A DNA stretch of 64,000 nt from Myxococcota bacterium (GCA_046583095.1 JAYGDB010000222.1:6710-70709), one strand, 5' to 3'. Counted from the stretch's first letter, positions 1 to 11,506 are shown. Notes: generated from the letters alone by a model not told the origin. Numbers and translations are program-made.

Positions 1-366
1 GAAGGCTCGCGCTTCGCGCCCGGCCGCAAGAACTACAACCGCTTCGAGATCAACGGCAGCCTCGGCAGCATCGCGTTCGATCTCGAGCGCATGAACGAGG
101 TCGAGCTGTACACCCCCGAGGGGGCATCCAGCGGTTTCCGGACCGTCCTGGCGACCGAGGCCGAGCACCCGTACGCGGGAGCCTGGTGGCCGCCCGGTCA
201 CATCCTCGGCTACGAGCACACCTTCGTGCACACGGTGCTGGATCTGCTCCAGGCGCTCGAGAAGGGCAGGCTCCCGACGCCGAACTTCGAGGACGGCCTG
301 CGCAACCAGCAGGTGCTGGACGCGATCGAGCGCGCGGCGAGCGCACGGAGTTGGCAGCGGGTCTGA
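1..366 (+). CDS. Gfo/Idh/MocA family oxidoreductase, C-terminal part (5' truncated by window edge)
   Basis: Frame 1 is open from base 1: [33 protein letters not shown]...[14 protein letters not shown]...[20 protein letters not shown], a typical Gfo/Idh/MocA C-terminus. Confidence 0.85.
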   Translation, partial: EGSRFAPGRKNYNRFEINGSLGSIAFDLERMNEVELYTPEGASSGFRTVLATEAEHPYAGAWWPPGHILGYEHTFVHTVLDLLQALEKGRLPTPNFEDGLRNQQVLDAIERAASARSWQRV

Positions 367-391
367 GCCCTCGCCAACTCACCGCCCGCAG

Positions 392-1660
392 TCAGGCGTG
401 CGCGTGCGGTGGAGTGCGAGAGTTCGTCCGTGACGTCACGAACTGGCTCAGCCAGCCCGCCAGCGCAACGGCGAACGTCGCCCGGTAGAGCACCCAAGCT
501 ACGAGCCCGTGGCGCAGCATCTCGGTGCCTGCGCCCCACCAGGACATGAAGGCGAACAGGTAGGTCATCGCCGCGAGCACGGTCGGCGCAAAGCTGATTC
601 CGGTGGCGTGCCCCGTGCGCCACCACGCGAACGGCGGCAGCAGCACTGCGGCCAAGAGCCAGAGCCAATTGGGTGGAGCGCTCGCTCGCTCGACCCACCG
701 GGCCGCCGATTCGATCCAGCGAAAGCGAGCACGAGCCGTGCCGTCGAAGTAGCGGCGGACGAGGTGGGTCGAGGCGTTCGGGGGAGCGAGCATCTTCCAG
801 GTCGTTCGATGCGACTCGAGGCGGCTCGCCGCCCACGCGAGGTAGCGGCTGCGACCGCCCTGCTCGATCCATGCCTCGACGGCGGGACTCATCGGGTATC
901 GGCTATCGGGCAGACCTGCTGCGCGGAACGCCGCCAGTGTCTCCGCGTCGCTGAAGACGTTCTGGTAGAGCGCGGTGTAGACCGGGATCGTCGAGCGCCT
1001 CGCGGCATCGCTGGTCCGAAGGCCGAGTACGAGAACCAAGAGCAGCACGCAGGAGCCAGCAGCGAAGCGTGCCCATTCCGCCCGCCGACCAGGCGGTCTT
1101 GCCGGCAACAGCACGAGCGCTGCGAATGGAAGCGCAAGGAGGTGAACATCGCGCACCGTCGCGAACGCGAGGACGGTTGCTGCCCACGCAGCGCCCAGCA
1201 ACGCGGTGCGCGGTGCGCGGAGCTTCGCTCCGTCACGGTCGAGGGCGCGGCGCAGCGCGAGCGAAAGCGCGAGCAAGAGCGCGAGAAGCGAGAGGGCCAG
1301 GGACTCGGTCATCAGCGCGGCATTCCAAGGCCGGACGAGTGGCGACAACGCGAACAGTCCGAGGAGCAGCACGCCGGCTGTACGTCGGAGCGTCCACCCG
1401 AAAAGACACCAACACGCGAGAGAGAGCCAGGATTGCGCCTGCACCAAGAAGGGGCCGGGGGGCACGATGCGTAGGAACAGCGGATAGGCTGGAGCGCGCC
1501 GCGCGTAGAGGTGCTGACTGTCGAGATCGTTGCCCCTGGCCTCGCGCAGGTAGTAAGCCGAATCCGGGTATCTGCGGAGCTCGGGCTCTTCGGGCCACGC
1601 CAGCGGGACGAGTGACAGCATTGCGAGCGCAGCGAGTGCGTGAAGGCGGCGGGGCGTCAT
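392..1660 (-). CDS. Multi-pass membrane protein, probable GT-C (ArnT/PMT-like) glycosyltransferase
   Basis: Many hydrophobic helices; YPDSAYY, RAPAYPLFL and LMTESLALSL motifs resemble GT-C superfamily loops. Confidence 0.55.
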   Translation of the reverse strand: MTPRRLHALAALAMLSLVPLAWPEEPELRRYPDSAYYLREARGNDLDSQHLYARRAPAYPLFLRIVPPGPFLVQAQSWLSLACWCLFGWTLRRTAGVLLLGLFALSPLVRPWNAALMTESLALSLLALLLALSLALRRALDRDGAKLRAPRTALLGAAWAATVLAFATVRDVHLLALPFAALVLLPARPPGRRAEWARFAAGSCVLLLVLVLGLRTSDAARRSTIPVYTALYQNVFSDAETLAAFRAAGLPDSRYPMSPAVEAWIEQGGRSRYLAWAASRLESHRTTWKMLAPPNASTHLVRRYFDGTARARFRWIESAARWVERASAPPNWLWLLAAVLLPPFAWWRTGHATGISFAPTVLAAMTYLFAFMSWWGAGTEMLRHGLVAWVLYRATFAVALAGWLSQFVTSRTNSRTPPHAHA

Positions 1661-1718
1661 TCGGGAGGCACGCCTGGCGGCCGCCCGAGATCCACGGGAA
1701 CGTTGCCGGCGACGTCCT

Positions 1719-2834
1719 TCAAGCGTCGAAGGTGTCGTCGGGGAGCCCGGCCGGCAGCGGGGCCGGACGTTCGCAGGTCGTCCGGGGCTGGGCGTGTCGG
1801 CCGTCGTCCGAGGCCGCCACGATCGACTCCATCAGGTCGAGGACGTGACTCGAGAGTTCGAGGGACGCGCGATGCGGACGCTTCTGCTGCACGCCGCAGA
1901 TCATGTCCGCCAGGCCGATGCCGCGACTCTGCTCGGCGTTGCCGTGGCTGAGGGGCATCTCGGTCCATGCCTGCTCGCCGCTCTTGCGGATCGTCACCGG
2001 GCCGCCGAAGGTGTTCGGATCTGGCACCGAGAGCGTGGCCTCGCTGCCGTAGATCTCGATGTTGCGCAGCCGGGTGGTCTGCACGTCGAAGCTCGTGGTG
2101 AGGTTCGCGACGGGTCCGCTCGCGAAGTCGAGTACGGCCGAGACGTGGGTGGGCACTTCGACATCCATCGTCTGGCCGCGCAGCGGCTGGCTGCCGATTT
2201 CTCGCTGGGCGTGGGTGATGCGAGCGGATCCGGTGATGCGGCGCACGGGGCCCAGGAGGTGGACGAGCGCGGTCAGGTAGTACGGCCCCATGTCGAAGAG
2301 CGGTCCCGCGCCGCGCTGATAGAAAGCCGCCGGGCCCGGATGCCAGCTCTCGGGCCCGGGAGAGAGCATGAAGCCGCTGGCTGCTACGGGCTCTCCGATG
2401 GCGCCGTCGTCGATCAGCTTGCGGCAGGTCTGCAGGCCGCCACCGAGGAAGGTGTCCGGTGCGCAGCCGACGCGGACGCCCATTTCCTTCGCCGCGCGGC
2501 CGAGTTCGAGGCCTTCGTCCAGCGTCAGGGCCAGCGGCTTCTCGCAGAAGACCGACTTCCCGGAGTCCACCACGCGACGGCTCACCGGATAGTGGGCGGC
2601 GGGGATCGTGAGGTTGACGACGACTTCGACGTCGTCGTCCGCAATCAGCCCGTCGGGCTCGAGCACTTTGGGGATGCCGTGCCTTTCGGCGAGTTCCTTG
2701 GCCGGATCGGGCAGTACGTCCGCGCAGGCAACGAGGTCGATGAACGGCAGGGCCGAGAGCTTCGCGGCGTAGACGTTGCTGATGTTCCCGCAGCCGATGA
2801 TGCCGACGCCTGTCCGGCTTCTCTGCGCGGTCAT
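1719..2834 (-). CDS. Gfo/Idh/MocA family oxidoreductase
   Basis: GIIGCGNIS Rossmann motif, NLTIPAAHY, CEKPLA, GCAPDTFLG, GPLFDMGPYY. Confidence 0.93.
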   Translation of the reverse strand: MTAQRSRTGVGIIGCGNISNVYAAKLSALPFIDLVACADVLPDPAKELAERHGIPKVLEPDGLIADDDVEVVVNLTIPAAHYPVSRRVVDSGKSVFCEKPLALTLDEGLELGRAAKEMGVRVGCAPDTFLGGGLQTCRKLIDDGAIGEPVAASGFMLSPGPESWHPGPAAFYQRGAGPLFDMGPYYLTALVHLLGPVRRITGSARITHAQREIGSQPLRGQTMDVEVPTHVSAVLDFASGPVANLTTSFDVQTTRLRNIEIYGSEATLSVPDPNTFGGPVTIRKSGEQAWTEMPLSHGNAEQSRGIGLADMICGVQQKRPHRASLELSSHVLDLMESIVAASDDGRHAQPRTTCERPAPLPAGLPDDTFDA

Positions 2835-3604
2835 GTGTGCCGTCCCTTCGAGATCCCCTCTGCGACCAGGTAGCGGTAGCTCTGCTCCACCGCCTCGAAC
2901 ATGTCCGTCGCGCAGTGATCGAGCTCGACGATGTGCCAGGCCGCTTGATCGGCCGCCGCAGCGATGCCCGCCAGATCGACGACACCTCCGCCCGCGGCGG
3001 TCATGGGGCTCTTGGGGCCATCTGCCGGGCCGTCCTTCAGGTGGAGCAGTCGCGCTCGGCTACCCAGGTCGGAGACCACCTGCACGGGATCCGCACCGCC
3101 CACCTGGGCCCAGTAGACGTCGATTTCGGCGAAGATCTCCGGCTCGAGTTGCTCGAAGAGCAGCGCGTGAGCAGGCTGGTCGTCGATCTTCGTCGAGAAC
3201 TCCCAGTTGTGATTGTGATATCCGAGCCGCATGCCTCGGGACGCCACGGTCTCGTAGGCGCGGTTCAGCTGATCCGCGGTGACCGAGATCTGCTCGCGAT
3301 CGGCGAAGCGGTCGGGAGGTAGAAACGCGACCACCAGGTCTTCGGCGCCGATTTCCTGCTGGAGGTCGAGGATCTCGGCGGCGGACTCACCGATCGGTAG
3401 CTGGATGTGCGAGCTGCTCACCGTCATGCCCGCGGCTTCGACGCGTCGGCGAAACTCCCGCGGCGGTAGACCGTGAAGGCCGGCGGGCTCGACGCCGATG
3501 AATCCGATCTGCCCGAGACGCTCGATGACTGCCGGGAAGTCGGCGGCCGCTTCCTCGCGGAGGCTGTAGAGCTGAACCGAGAGGGGGGCTGAAGGGTTCG
3601 GCAC
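2831..3604 (-). CDS. Sugar phosphate isomerase/epimerase (xylose isomerase-like TIM barrel)
   Basis: SVQLYSLR, YHNHNWEF, EIDVYW, LHLKDG, IVELD; 4-bp overlap with the downstream oxidoreductase. Confidence 0.9.
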   Translation of the reverse strand: MPNPSAPLSVQLYSLREEAAADFPAVIERLGQIGFIGVEPAGLHGLPPREFRRRVEAAGMTVSSSHIQLPIGESAAEILDLQQEIGAEDLVVAFLPPDRFADREQISVTADQLNRAYETVASRGMRLGYHNHNWEFSTKIDDQPAHALLFEQLEPEIFAEIDVYWAQVGGADPVQVVSDLGSRARLLHLKDGPADGPKSPMTAAGGGVVDLAGIAAAADQAAWHIVELDHCATDMFEAVEQSYRYLVAEGISKGRHT

Positions 3605-3882
3605 TGCGCATGGGTATCCGAACTCTCGGCCTGGCGCTAACTCCCGGCCGCGAATGAGTGCCCGCTCCCTCCTCGTTCAGCGCCGAAACGGGTCTGCGGG
3701 ACCCCGGGTTGACGCCGTTCCGATCTTGGAACTTGGCGAGCCGTACAAGCAACTGGATTCGCGCCGGAATTCGCATCGCATCCCGCAGCCGAGGAATAAC
3801 GCCCAGAGCGCTCGCCACAACACCGCCGATCCGACCACTGACCTGCGTTCGATCTGCCAACTCGAGAACGGAGGCTGCGCTT

Positions 3883-4362
3883 ATGATGCGCATGTTCGAG
3901 TGGACTGGCCGGCTGACGCTGGTCGCAATGTGGCTCCTGCTAGCGGCACCGGCGCATGCAGGCGGCGCATCCCTGAATGATGACCATGGGTCCTCGGGGC
4001 CGGAGGCTCCCGCATCCCTGGATGTGTCGCAGGCCGCAGTCAATTTTAGCCTGTACGACTTCTCGGCTGTCGACTTCGACGGCGCGATGCTCGGAGAACT
4101 CCTCGGTCGCCCGCATGCCCACGGCGCCCAGGCGTTCTTGGCCCTGTTCTCACCGGGGCATCGGGATGCCCCGGATCGGTCTCCTGGCCACGATGCGGAG
4201 CATGCCCCGATGGATGTCGAGCAGTGGTGGATTCGCCACCTCGGACCGCTCGCTCGCCACCTCCACTCCCAGGCGTCACAGCTGCCCGAGCCTTCTTCCG
4301 GATTGATGCTGACGTTGGGTCTCGCCGCCTGGATGGGCGTGAGGCGTCGCGCCCGCGTCTGA
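3883..4362 (+). CDS. PEP-CTERM sorting-domain protein (His-rich, secreted)
   Basis: GGAGG RBS at about 3870 before ATG 3883; signal peptide ending APAHA; C-terminus LPEPSSGLMLTLGLAAWMGVRRRARV (PEP + TM helix + Arg cluster). Confidence 0.8.
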   Translation: MMRMFEWTGRLTLVAMWLLLAAPAHAGGASLNDDHGSSGPEAPASLDVSQAAVNFSLYDFSAVDFDGAMLGELLGRPHAHGAQAFLALFSPGHRDAPDRSPGHDAEHAPMDVEQWWIRHLGPLARHLHSQASQLPEPSSGLMLTLGLAAWMGVRRRARV

Positions 4363-4574
4363 TCCGCCGGCAGTTCACCTCGCCCGCTGGTACTGCATCC
4401 CAAGCCCCGCCGCCGTCTCCGCTGACGATGGCCTTGGCTGTGAGGTCTCTCCTCGGGTTTGGCCATGTCCTGAGCGTCGAGGGCATGTTCTCGGGCATGG
4501 CTCGGAGCGTCGTACAAGCCACGCAGCCGGTGGGTGGGCGAGGCGTTCTTCGAAGCTCTGGAACACTGTCAGAA

Positions 4575-4844
4575 CTAGGAGTCCTTGCACTCCAGCCTGT
4601 CGATCGCGTGGACCGGTGCGTTGGGGCCGCTCATCAGCTCGGTGATAGCGCCGTAGACGAGTTGGTGTTGCTGGACGCGGCTCTTTCCCTCGAAGGCCCT
4701 CGAGACGACGGCGATCTCGAAGTGGCCGGGCCCGCGCGGGTCGATCCTGATTTCCGCGCTCTCGATGGCCGCGGCGATCGCCTCCCGGATCTGCTCCACG
4801 ACGACTTCCGGGGGCGGGCCCTGGTTGGCGATCTGTAGAGCCAT
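4575..4844 (-). CDS. bolA: BolA/IbaG family protein
   Basis: GHFEIAVVSRAFEGKSRVQQHQLVY...VHAI motifs; start overlaps the grxD stop. Confidence 0.9.
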   Translation of the reverse strand: MALQIANQGPPPEVVVEQIREAIAAAIESAEIRIDPRGPGHFEIAVVSRAFEGKSRVQQHQLVYGAITELMSGPNAPVHAIDRLECKDS

Positions 4845-5473
4845 CAGGCTTCTTCTGGCGCGTTGGGGTTCTCGATCTTGAACCCGGCCCCGCGCGGCGT
4901 ATCCACGGTCTCGATGCTCAGGCCCTCCGCCCGTTGGGCGCTCAGGGCGTCGATCAGCAAGCGGATGCCGTTCGCGTCGATCTCGATGTCGTGGCCGCGC
5001 CGCGGTGCCATCGCCAGGCTGGCTTGGTAACGGGAGTCGATTGCGAGGTGCAGTTCGCGTTCTTCGTCTTCGCCACCGGCGCCGGGAGTGGCCTTGCGCA
5101 GGGCCTCGGCAGCCTCGTCGCTGATCGTGATCGTCGGGCGGATGCTGAGATCCAGCTGGATCCCCAGTTTCTCGTGCAGCTCACCCGAGTCGAAGAGCTC
5201 CTGGATGATGTCGCAGCCGCCGATGAACTCACCCTCTACGTAGAGTTGTGGAATCGTCGGCCAGGCCGAGTAGGTCTTGATGCCGTCGCGCAGGGCCGCG
5301 TCCGAGAGCACGTCTGCCGTCTCGTACTCGGGAGTGAGGCTGTCGAGGATCTGGATGACGGTGGCCGAGAAGCCGCACTGGGGGGCCTGGCGGTTTCCCT
5401 TCATGAACAGCATCACGTGGTGAGAATGGACGAGATCGTCGATTTTCTGTTGAGTGGTGTCGTCGAGACTCAT
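4844..5473 (-). CDS. grxD: Monothiol glutaredoxin Grx4 fused to a C-terminal IscA/HesB-like domain
   Basis: LFMKG..PQCGFS, WPTIPQLYV.GEFIGGCDI; tail ITISDEAAE...LLIDALSAQRAEGLSIETV...GFKIENPNA is A-type-carrier-like; start moved to MSLDD (5473). Confidence 0.9.
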   Translation of the reverse strand: MSLDDTTQQKIDDLVHSHHVMLFMKGNRQAPQCGFSATVIQILDSLTPEYETADVLSDAALRDGIKTYSAWPTIPQLYVEGEFIGGCDIIQELFDSGELHEKLGIQLDLSIRPTITISDEAAEALRKATPGAGGEDEERELHLAIDSRYQASLAMAPRRGHDIEIDANGIRLLIDALSAQRAEGLSIETVDTPRGAGFKIENPNAPEEA

Positions 5474-5522
5474 GGGGTTCCGATATCGGTCAGGCTGGCT
5501 GCAGTTCGGGGCCGATGCTAGC

Positions 5523-5783
5523 TCAGCCGGAGCAGCGAGCGCTCCGGGGCGGAGTGCGGGCGCACTCCATGCCCTGGGTGACACCCCTTGACAGCGGAAC
5601 ACACGCGGTCGTCGTCGCCTGCATCCTAGCCATTTCTTCGTCCGGGCCCGAGACCGTCGCGCAGTTCTCACCTCCGCCGTAACGGATGCAGACGACGCAC
5701 TCCACCGAGGTCTCGGTGGCGGTCACGTAGAGCATTGCCACCAAGAAGATCGCCGCGATCACGACTCCCGCGAGGATCCTCAA
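5523..5783 (-). CDS. Small membrane-anchored Cys-rich hypothetical protein
   Basis: N-terminal TM helix, six Cys including CVVC; 4-bp overlap with the prc stop; coding-like codon use. Confidence 0.7.
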   Translation of the reverse strand: MRILAGVVIAAIFLVAMLYVTATETSVECVVCIRYGGGENCATVSGPDEEMARMQATTTACVPLSRGVTQGMECARTPPRSARCSG

Positions 5784-7876
5784 CTGTTCAAGAGCACCCA
5801 GTCCGCCAGGATGCGCAGGGCCTCCCGCTGCTGCGGCGTGGGCTCGTCGCTCTTGGACTCGGCGCTCGTCTCGCTCGGTCGCTTGGGGATGTGCACCAGA
5901 TCCGGGCTCGAGCCCGCGCCACCGGCGGTCGAGGCCACCGAGCCGTCCTCGGGGAGTCCCGAGTCGTCACCGCTGGCGGCCTGCTCGACACCCTCGGCGT
6001 CAGGCTCCTCCTCTCCTTCTTCCTGCGAAGGGGGCTTGTAGACGTCCGAGAGGTGAAGGACGCCATTGCGTTCCTTCGTCTCCTCGATCTGCTTCAGGAT
6101 TTCCGCGAATTCCTCGCTTTGCTCGGTCCGCTCGGCGGACTTGTTGGCGAGGCGGGTTACCGCGTCGGCGGTCACCGGCCGCCAGAAGCCGGGGGCGCTC
6201 GAGTTGGGGCCTGGCGCAGAGGCGGGGTCGATGAACGGGTCGATCTTCTGGCTCGGAAGCGAATAGTCCTGGTGTTTTTCTCCCAGCTCGTTCGCGCTGA
6301 AGAGCGACGGGAAGACGATGTCGGCTCGCACACCTTCGTGTTGCGTCGAATTGCCTCCCGGCCGGAAGAAGACGGCCGTGGTGACCTTCAGGGCGCCGAG
6401 CGGCGTGGCCAGGGGCACCATGCTCTGGACCGTACCCTTTCCGAAGGTGTGGTCGTCACCGACGACGATCGCACGGCGGTAGTCTTTCATGGCACCGGCG
6501 ACGATCTCCGACGCCGATGCGCTGATGCGGGAGGTGAGGAGCACCATCGGACCGCCGTAGAGCAGGGAGTCGTCGGGATCCCGCAGCACCTGCACCTTCG
6601 ACGAGCTGTCCTTCACAGCGACGACGCCGCCGTTGCGAATGAAGAAGCCGGCGATCTCGACAGAGTTCTCGAGCAGTCCACCGCCGTTGCGGGAGAGATC
6701 GAGGAGCAGCCCGTCCGCCTTCTCCTTCTTTACCTCGCGCAGGAGTTCTCGCATGTCGCGGGAGCTCTGCCGCTCGGTGGGATTGCGGCCGCCGTAGAAG
6801 GAAGGCAGCTCGAGGACAGCGAGCTTCAGGGTCTTGCCGCCTTCCACTTCGACCTCTTCGAAGCGGAGTGCAGCCGCCTGGTCTTCGAGCTTGATCTTGT
6901 CCCGGACGATGCTCAGGATCAGGCGCTCGGTCGTCTCGCCCTGCCGCAGGATCGACAGGCGCACCATGGTGCCTCGCTTGCCGCGGATGAGACGGACTAC
7001 GTCGCGCAGGTCCATGTCGATGATGTCGACGAATTCGCCGTCCGCCTGGGCGACGGCGATGATCTTGTCGCTCGGCTCGATGCCCCCGATTCGGTCCGCG
7101 GCGCCGCCCGGGATGATCTTCTCGACTACCGAGTATCCGTCGCGAGAGGCCAGCCCGACGCCGATCCCTTCGAGCGAGAGCTCCATTCCGATCTGGAAGT
7201 CCTCGACGGCCTCCTGCGTGAAGTAGTTCGAGTGGGGGTCGAGGGCCATCGCGAAGGCGTCGAGGAAGGACGCGTAGACATCGTCCTCTTCGAGTTCTTT
7301 CGCACGTTTCGTCATCAGCTCATAGCGGTGGATGAGCTTCCGCTTGGCTTCGGGCAGCTCTTCGCCATTGGAGAGGTAGTTCGAAATCTGGAAGTGGATC
7401 AGGCGGCCGTAGAGGTTGTCGCGCTCGGCGGTCGTCTTGGGGCGGGCGCGCTTCTCTGGGTCGATGATCAGCTCGACGCTCGAATCGAGCTGGTAGTCCT
7501 CCGCGCCGACGTACTTCGTCACGAAGGCTTGCATCTCTTCGTAGTGCTCGATCATCTCCTGGCGGAGGTCGAGCAGGGTCGTGCAATCGCCGCGCCGTAC
7601 ATCGTGGAAGACGCCCCGGAGTCGCGAGGCGAGCTTCTCCCTCTCGCCCGCGAGGAATATGGATTTCGAGGGGTCGAGTCGCTTGATATAGGAGTCGATG
7701 GTGCGCTGGCGCAGCTCGTCGTTCAGATAGCGGAATGAGTAGTGCTTGTTGAGATAGGCTGTTTGCAGCTCGGAGACGCGCTTGCAGGAGAGCCCCATGG
7801 CGGCAGCCGGGCTCGCAGCGATGAGTGCGCTCACGACGAGTAGGATCGAGAAGCTGGCTCGGGTCATCGATTGCAT
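5780..7876 (-). CDS. prc: Carboxy-terminal processing (tail-specific) protease, S41 family
   Basis: Signal peptide, LDPHSNY, LEGIG, PDZ region, LDLSRNGGG, SASASEIVAG, TFGKGTVQ; start placed at MQSM (7876). Confidence 0.92.
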   Translation of the reverse strand: MQSMTRASFSILLVVSALIAASPAAAMGLSCKRVSELQTAYLNKHYSFRYLNDELRQRTIDSYIKRLDPSKSIFLAGEREKLASRLRGVFHDVRRGDCTTLLDLRQEMIEHYEEMQAFVTKYVGAEDYQLDSSVELIIDPEKRARPKTTAERDNLYGRLIHFQISNYLSNGEELPEAKRKLIHRYELMTKRAKELEEDDVYASFLDAFAMALDPHSNYFTQEAVEDFQIGMELSLEGIGVGLASRDGYSVVEKIIPGGAADRIGGIEPSDKIIAVAQADGEFVDIIDMDLRDVVRLIRGKRGTMVRLSILRQGETTERLILSIVRDKIKLEDQAAALRFEEVEVEGGKTLKLAVLELPSFYGGRNPTERQSSRDMRELLREVKKEKADGLLLDLSRNGGGLLENSVEIAGFFIRNGGVVAVKDSSSKVQVLRDPDDSLLYGGPMVLLTSRISASASEIVAGAMKDYRRAIVVGDDHTFGKGTVQSMVPLATPLGALKVTTAVFFRPGGNSTQHEGVRADIVFPSLFSANELGEKHQDYSLPSQKIDPFIDPASAPGPNSSAPGFWRPVTADAVTRLANKSAERTEQSEEFAEILKQIEETKERNGVLHLSDVYKPPSQEEGEEEPDAEGVEQAASGDDSGLPEDGSVASTAGGAGSSPDLVHIPKRPSETSAESKSDEPTPQQREALRILADWVLLNS

Positions 7877-7956
7877 GATAACAGGCTCGTACCTCGGGGC
7901 CCCGCAGGGAGCGTCCTCTGCTTGTCGGACGAGCAGCCCCGGTACCTGAGGCTGGA

Positions 7957-8904
7957 TCAGGCCTGCGGGCGAAGGGCTGGCAGCACTTGTTCCGCGAAGA
8001 GTCGCGCGGGCTCGCGGGTGTCGCGACCGAAGAACTCGATCACGAACCCCGTACACCCGAGCTTTCGATGCCGGTCGATACAATCGATCACGCGCTCGGG
8101 CGTTCCCCAGATTCCGTGCTCTTCGAGTCCGGCCCCGAGATGCCCGCCGTAGACCTTCTGCGCCTTCTCGAGAGAAGCGCGCGCCTGCGCGTCGGTTTCG
8201 GCGATCACGACGACGCACTGCTGGGAGACCGACAGGGTGTCGAAGTCGCGCTTCTCTTCGTCGCAACGGCGCTTCAGCGCCTCGATCTTCTGTGCCAGCT
8301 GAGCCTGGGCGATGGCCATGTTGTTCCAGATGTCGGCGTGTCGCGCGACGATGCCCATCAGCACCTTCTCTCCCCCGCCGCCGATCAGGATCGGAGGCCG
8401 CCGTGCGGGCTTCGGTTCGCAGATTGCGTCGCGGACCTGGAAGTGCTCGCCTTCCAAGCTGAAGCGTTCCTCAGTCCAGAGGCCGGTTAGGATCTGGACC
8501 ATTTCTTCGAGAGCGCGCATTCGCTCTCCCAGGTTCGGAAACCGACAGCCCGTCTGCTCGAACTCCGGTTGGAACCAGCCGGCGCCCAGGCCCATGATCG
8601 TCCGTCCCGACGAGACCTGGTCGAGGGTCGCGACCTGCTTGGCGAGGACCGCGGGGTTCCGAAAGAACGGCGGGGTGACGAGTGTTCCGAGTCCGACGTG
8701 CTCGGTGATGGCCGCAACGGCCGCGAGCAGTGTCCATGCCTCGAGGATCGGAAGCGTGGGAAGCGGCACGCCGTAGATGTGGTCGCATACCCAGACGGAG
8801 TCGAACCCGCAGTCATCGAACGCGATCGCGGTCTCGCGTACCTCCTCCCACGTGCGCTTGATCTGGGGCAAGGTGGCACCGAAGTGCAGGGATTCCTGAG
8901 CCAT
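7957..8904 (-). CDS. LLM-class flavin/F420-dependent oxidoreductase
   Basis: [55 protein letters not shown]. Confidence 0.9.
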   Translation of the reverse strand: MAQESLHFGATLPQIKRTWEEVRETAIAFDDCGFDSVWVCDHIYGVPLPTLPILEAWTLLAAVAAITEHVGLGTLVTPPFFRNPAVLAKQVATLDQVSSGRTIMGLGAGWFQPEFEQTGCRFPNLGERMRALEEMVQILTGLWTEERFSLEGEHFQVRDAICEPKPARRPPILIGGGGEKVLMGIVARHADIWNNMAIAQAQLAQKIEALKRRCDEEKRDFDTLSVSQQCVVVIAETDAQARASLEKAQKVYGGHLGAGLEEHGIWGTPERVIDCIDRHRKLGCTGFVIEFFGRDTREPARLFAEQVLPALRPQA

Positions 8905-9059
8905 CGGCCGGTTCCTTCCTCAGCGGTACTTCGAGTTGTCGGGGTGTCGCTTCTCGCCAAGTGCCTGGCGGCCTCCGCCGGCCTCGGCGATCTCCGTGTA
9001 TAGCTCCAGACCTACGAGGGCCACTATCATCCGTGCATCTTCCCCTTGCGGATCAGCCG

Positions 9060-10666
<1,607 letters not shown>

Positions 10667-10670
<4 letters not shown>

Positions 10671-11506
10671 GTGCTTTGAACGTCGAGCACATCGATTCGC
10701 TCTCGGATCCGCGCCTCGATGACTATCGGAATGTCCGAGACAAGGAGTTGCTTCGCGACCGCTCCCTCTTCATCGTCGAGGGGCGGGAGAACGTCCGCCG
10801 CTTGATCCGGGATTCGTCCCACCAGCCGCGATCGCTGCTGCTGTCGAAGCCGGCCTTTGAAGCGATGGCCGACTTCCTCGCGCAATTGCCCGACCCGATT
10901 CGCGTTCTCGTCGGGGCGAGGGAGGTCGTGAGCAGCGTGGCGGGTTTCGATCTGCATCGCGGTTGCCTCGCCGCGGTCGAGCGCAAGCCGAACGCCAAGC
11001 CGTCTTCGCTGCTTGCGGCTCCCGGGGAAAGCTCTCTCGTCGTGGTGCTCGAAGGGCTCGCGAATCCCGACAACGTGGGGGGCGTCTTCCGCAACGCGAT
11101 GGCGCTCGGAGTCGACGCGGTGCTGCTTTGCCCTCGTTGCTGCGATCCCCTCTACCGCAAGGCGATCCGGGTCTCGATGGGCGCTGCGCTCTGTGTTCCG
11201 ACCGCGCGCTTCGACCTTTGGCCCGGCGGACTCGAAGAGTTACGCGCCGCCGGCTACCGCATCGTTGCCATGCACCCCGGTCGGGATGCGGAAGAGGTCG
11301 GCACGGCCCGCTGGAGCCAGCACGTCCGGCAGCTCTCGCGGGTGGCGCTAGTGCTGGGCGCGGAGGGTAACGGGCTTTCCGCCGAGACCCTGGCCCTGTG
11401 CGACGAACGCCACCGGATCGCCATGGTTCCCGGCTTCGATTCCCTGAACGTCGCGACGGCCGCCGCGATCGCGCTGCATCATCTTTTCGTGGCGCGGTCG
11501 GGTTAG
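10667..11506 (+). CDS. TrmH/SpoU family RNA methyltransferase
   Basis: GTG overlapping fumA stop; [36 protein letters not shown]. Confidence 0.9.

Noticed and set aside
3770-3790. GG-N10-GC sigma54-like site upstream of the PEP-CTERM gene (similar spacing near 4510 and 61450)
   Set aside because: Poor match to TGGCACG-N4-TTGC; GG-N10-GC arises often by chance at this GC content
4046-4522. ORF fragment MPSTLRTWPNPRRD, faintly like a QueF N-terminus
   Set aside because: No EFTxxCP catalytic motif follows, and the frame overlaps the PEP-CTERM gene
5735-7738. Long antisense or alternate-frame ORFs (for example 5735-7738, 22258-24561, 28565-30856, 55544-57331)
   Set aside because: They shadow well-supported genes, show no family motifs, and are expected in high-GC DNA with few stop codons
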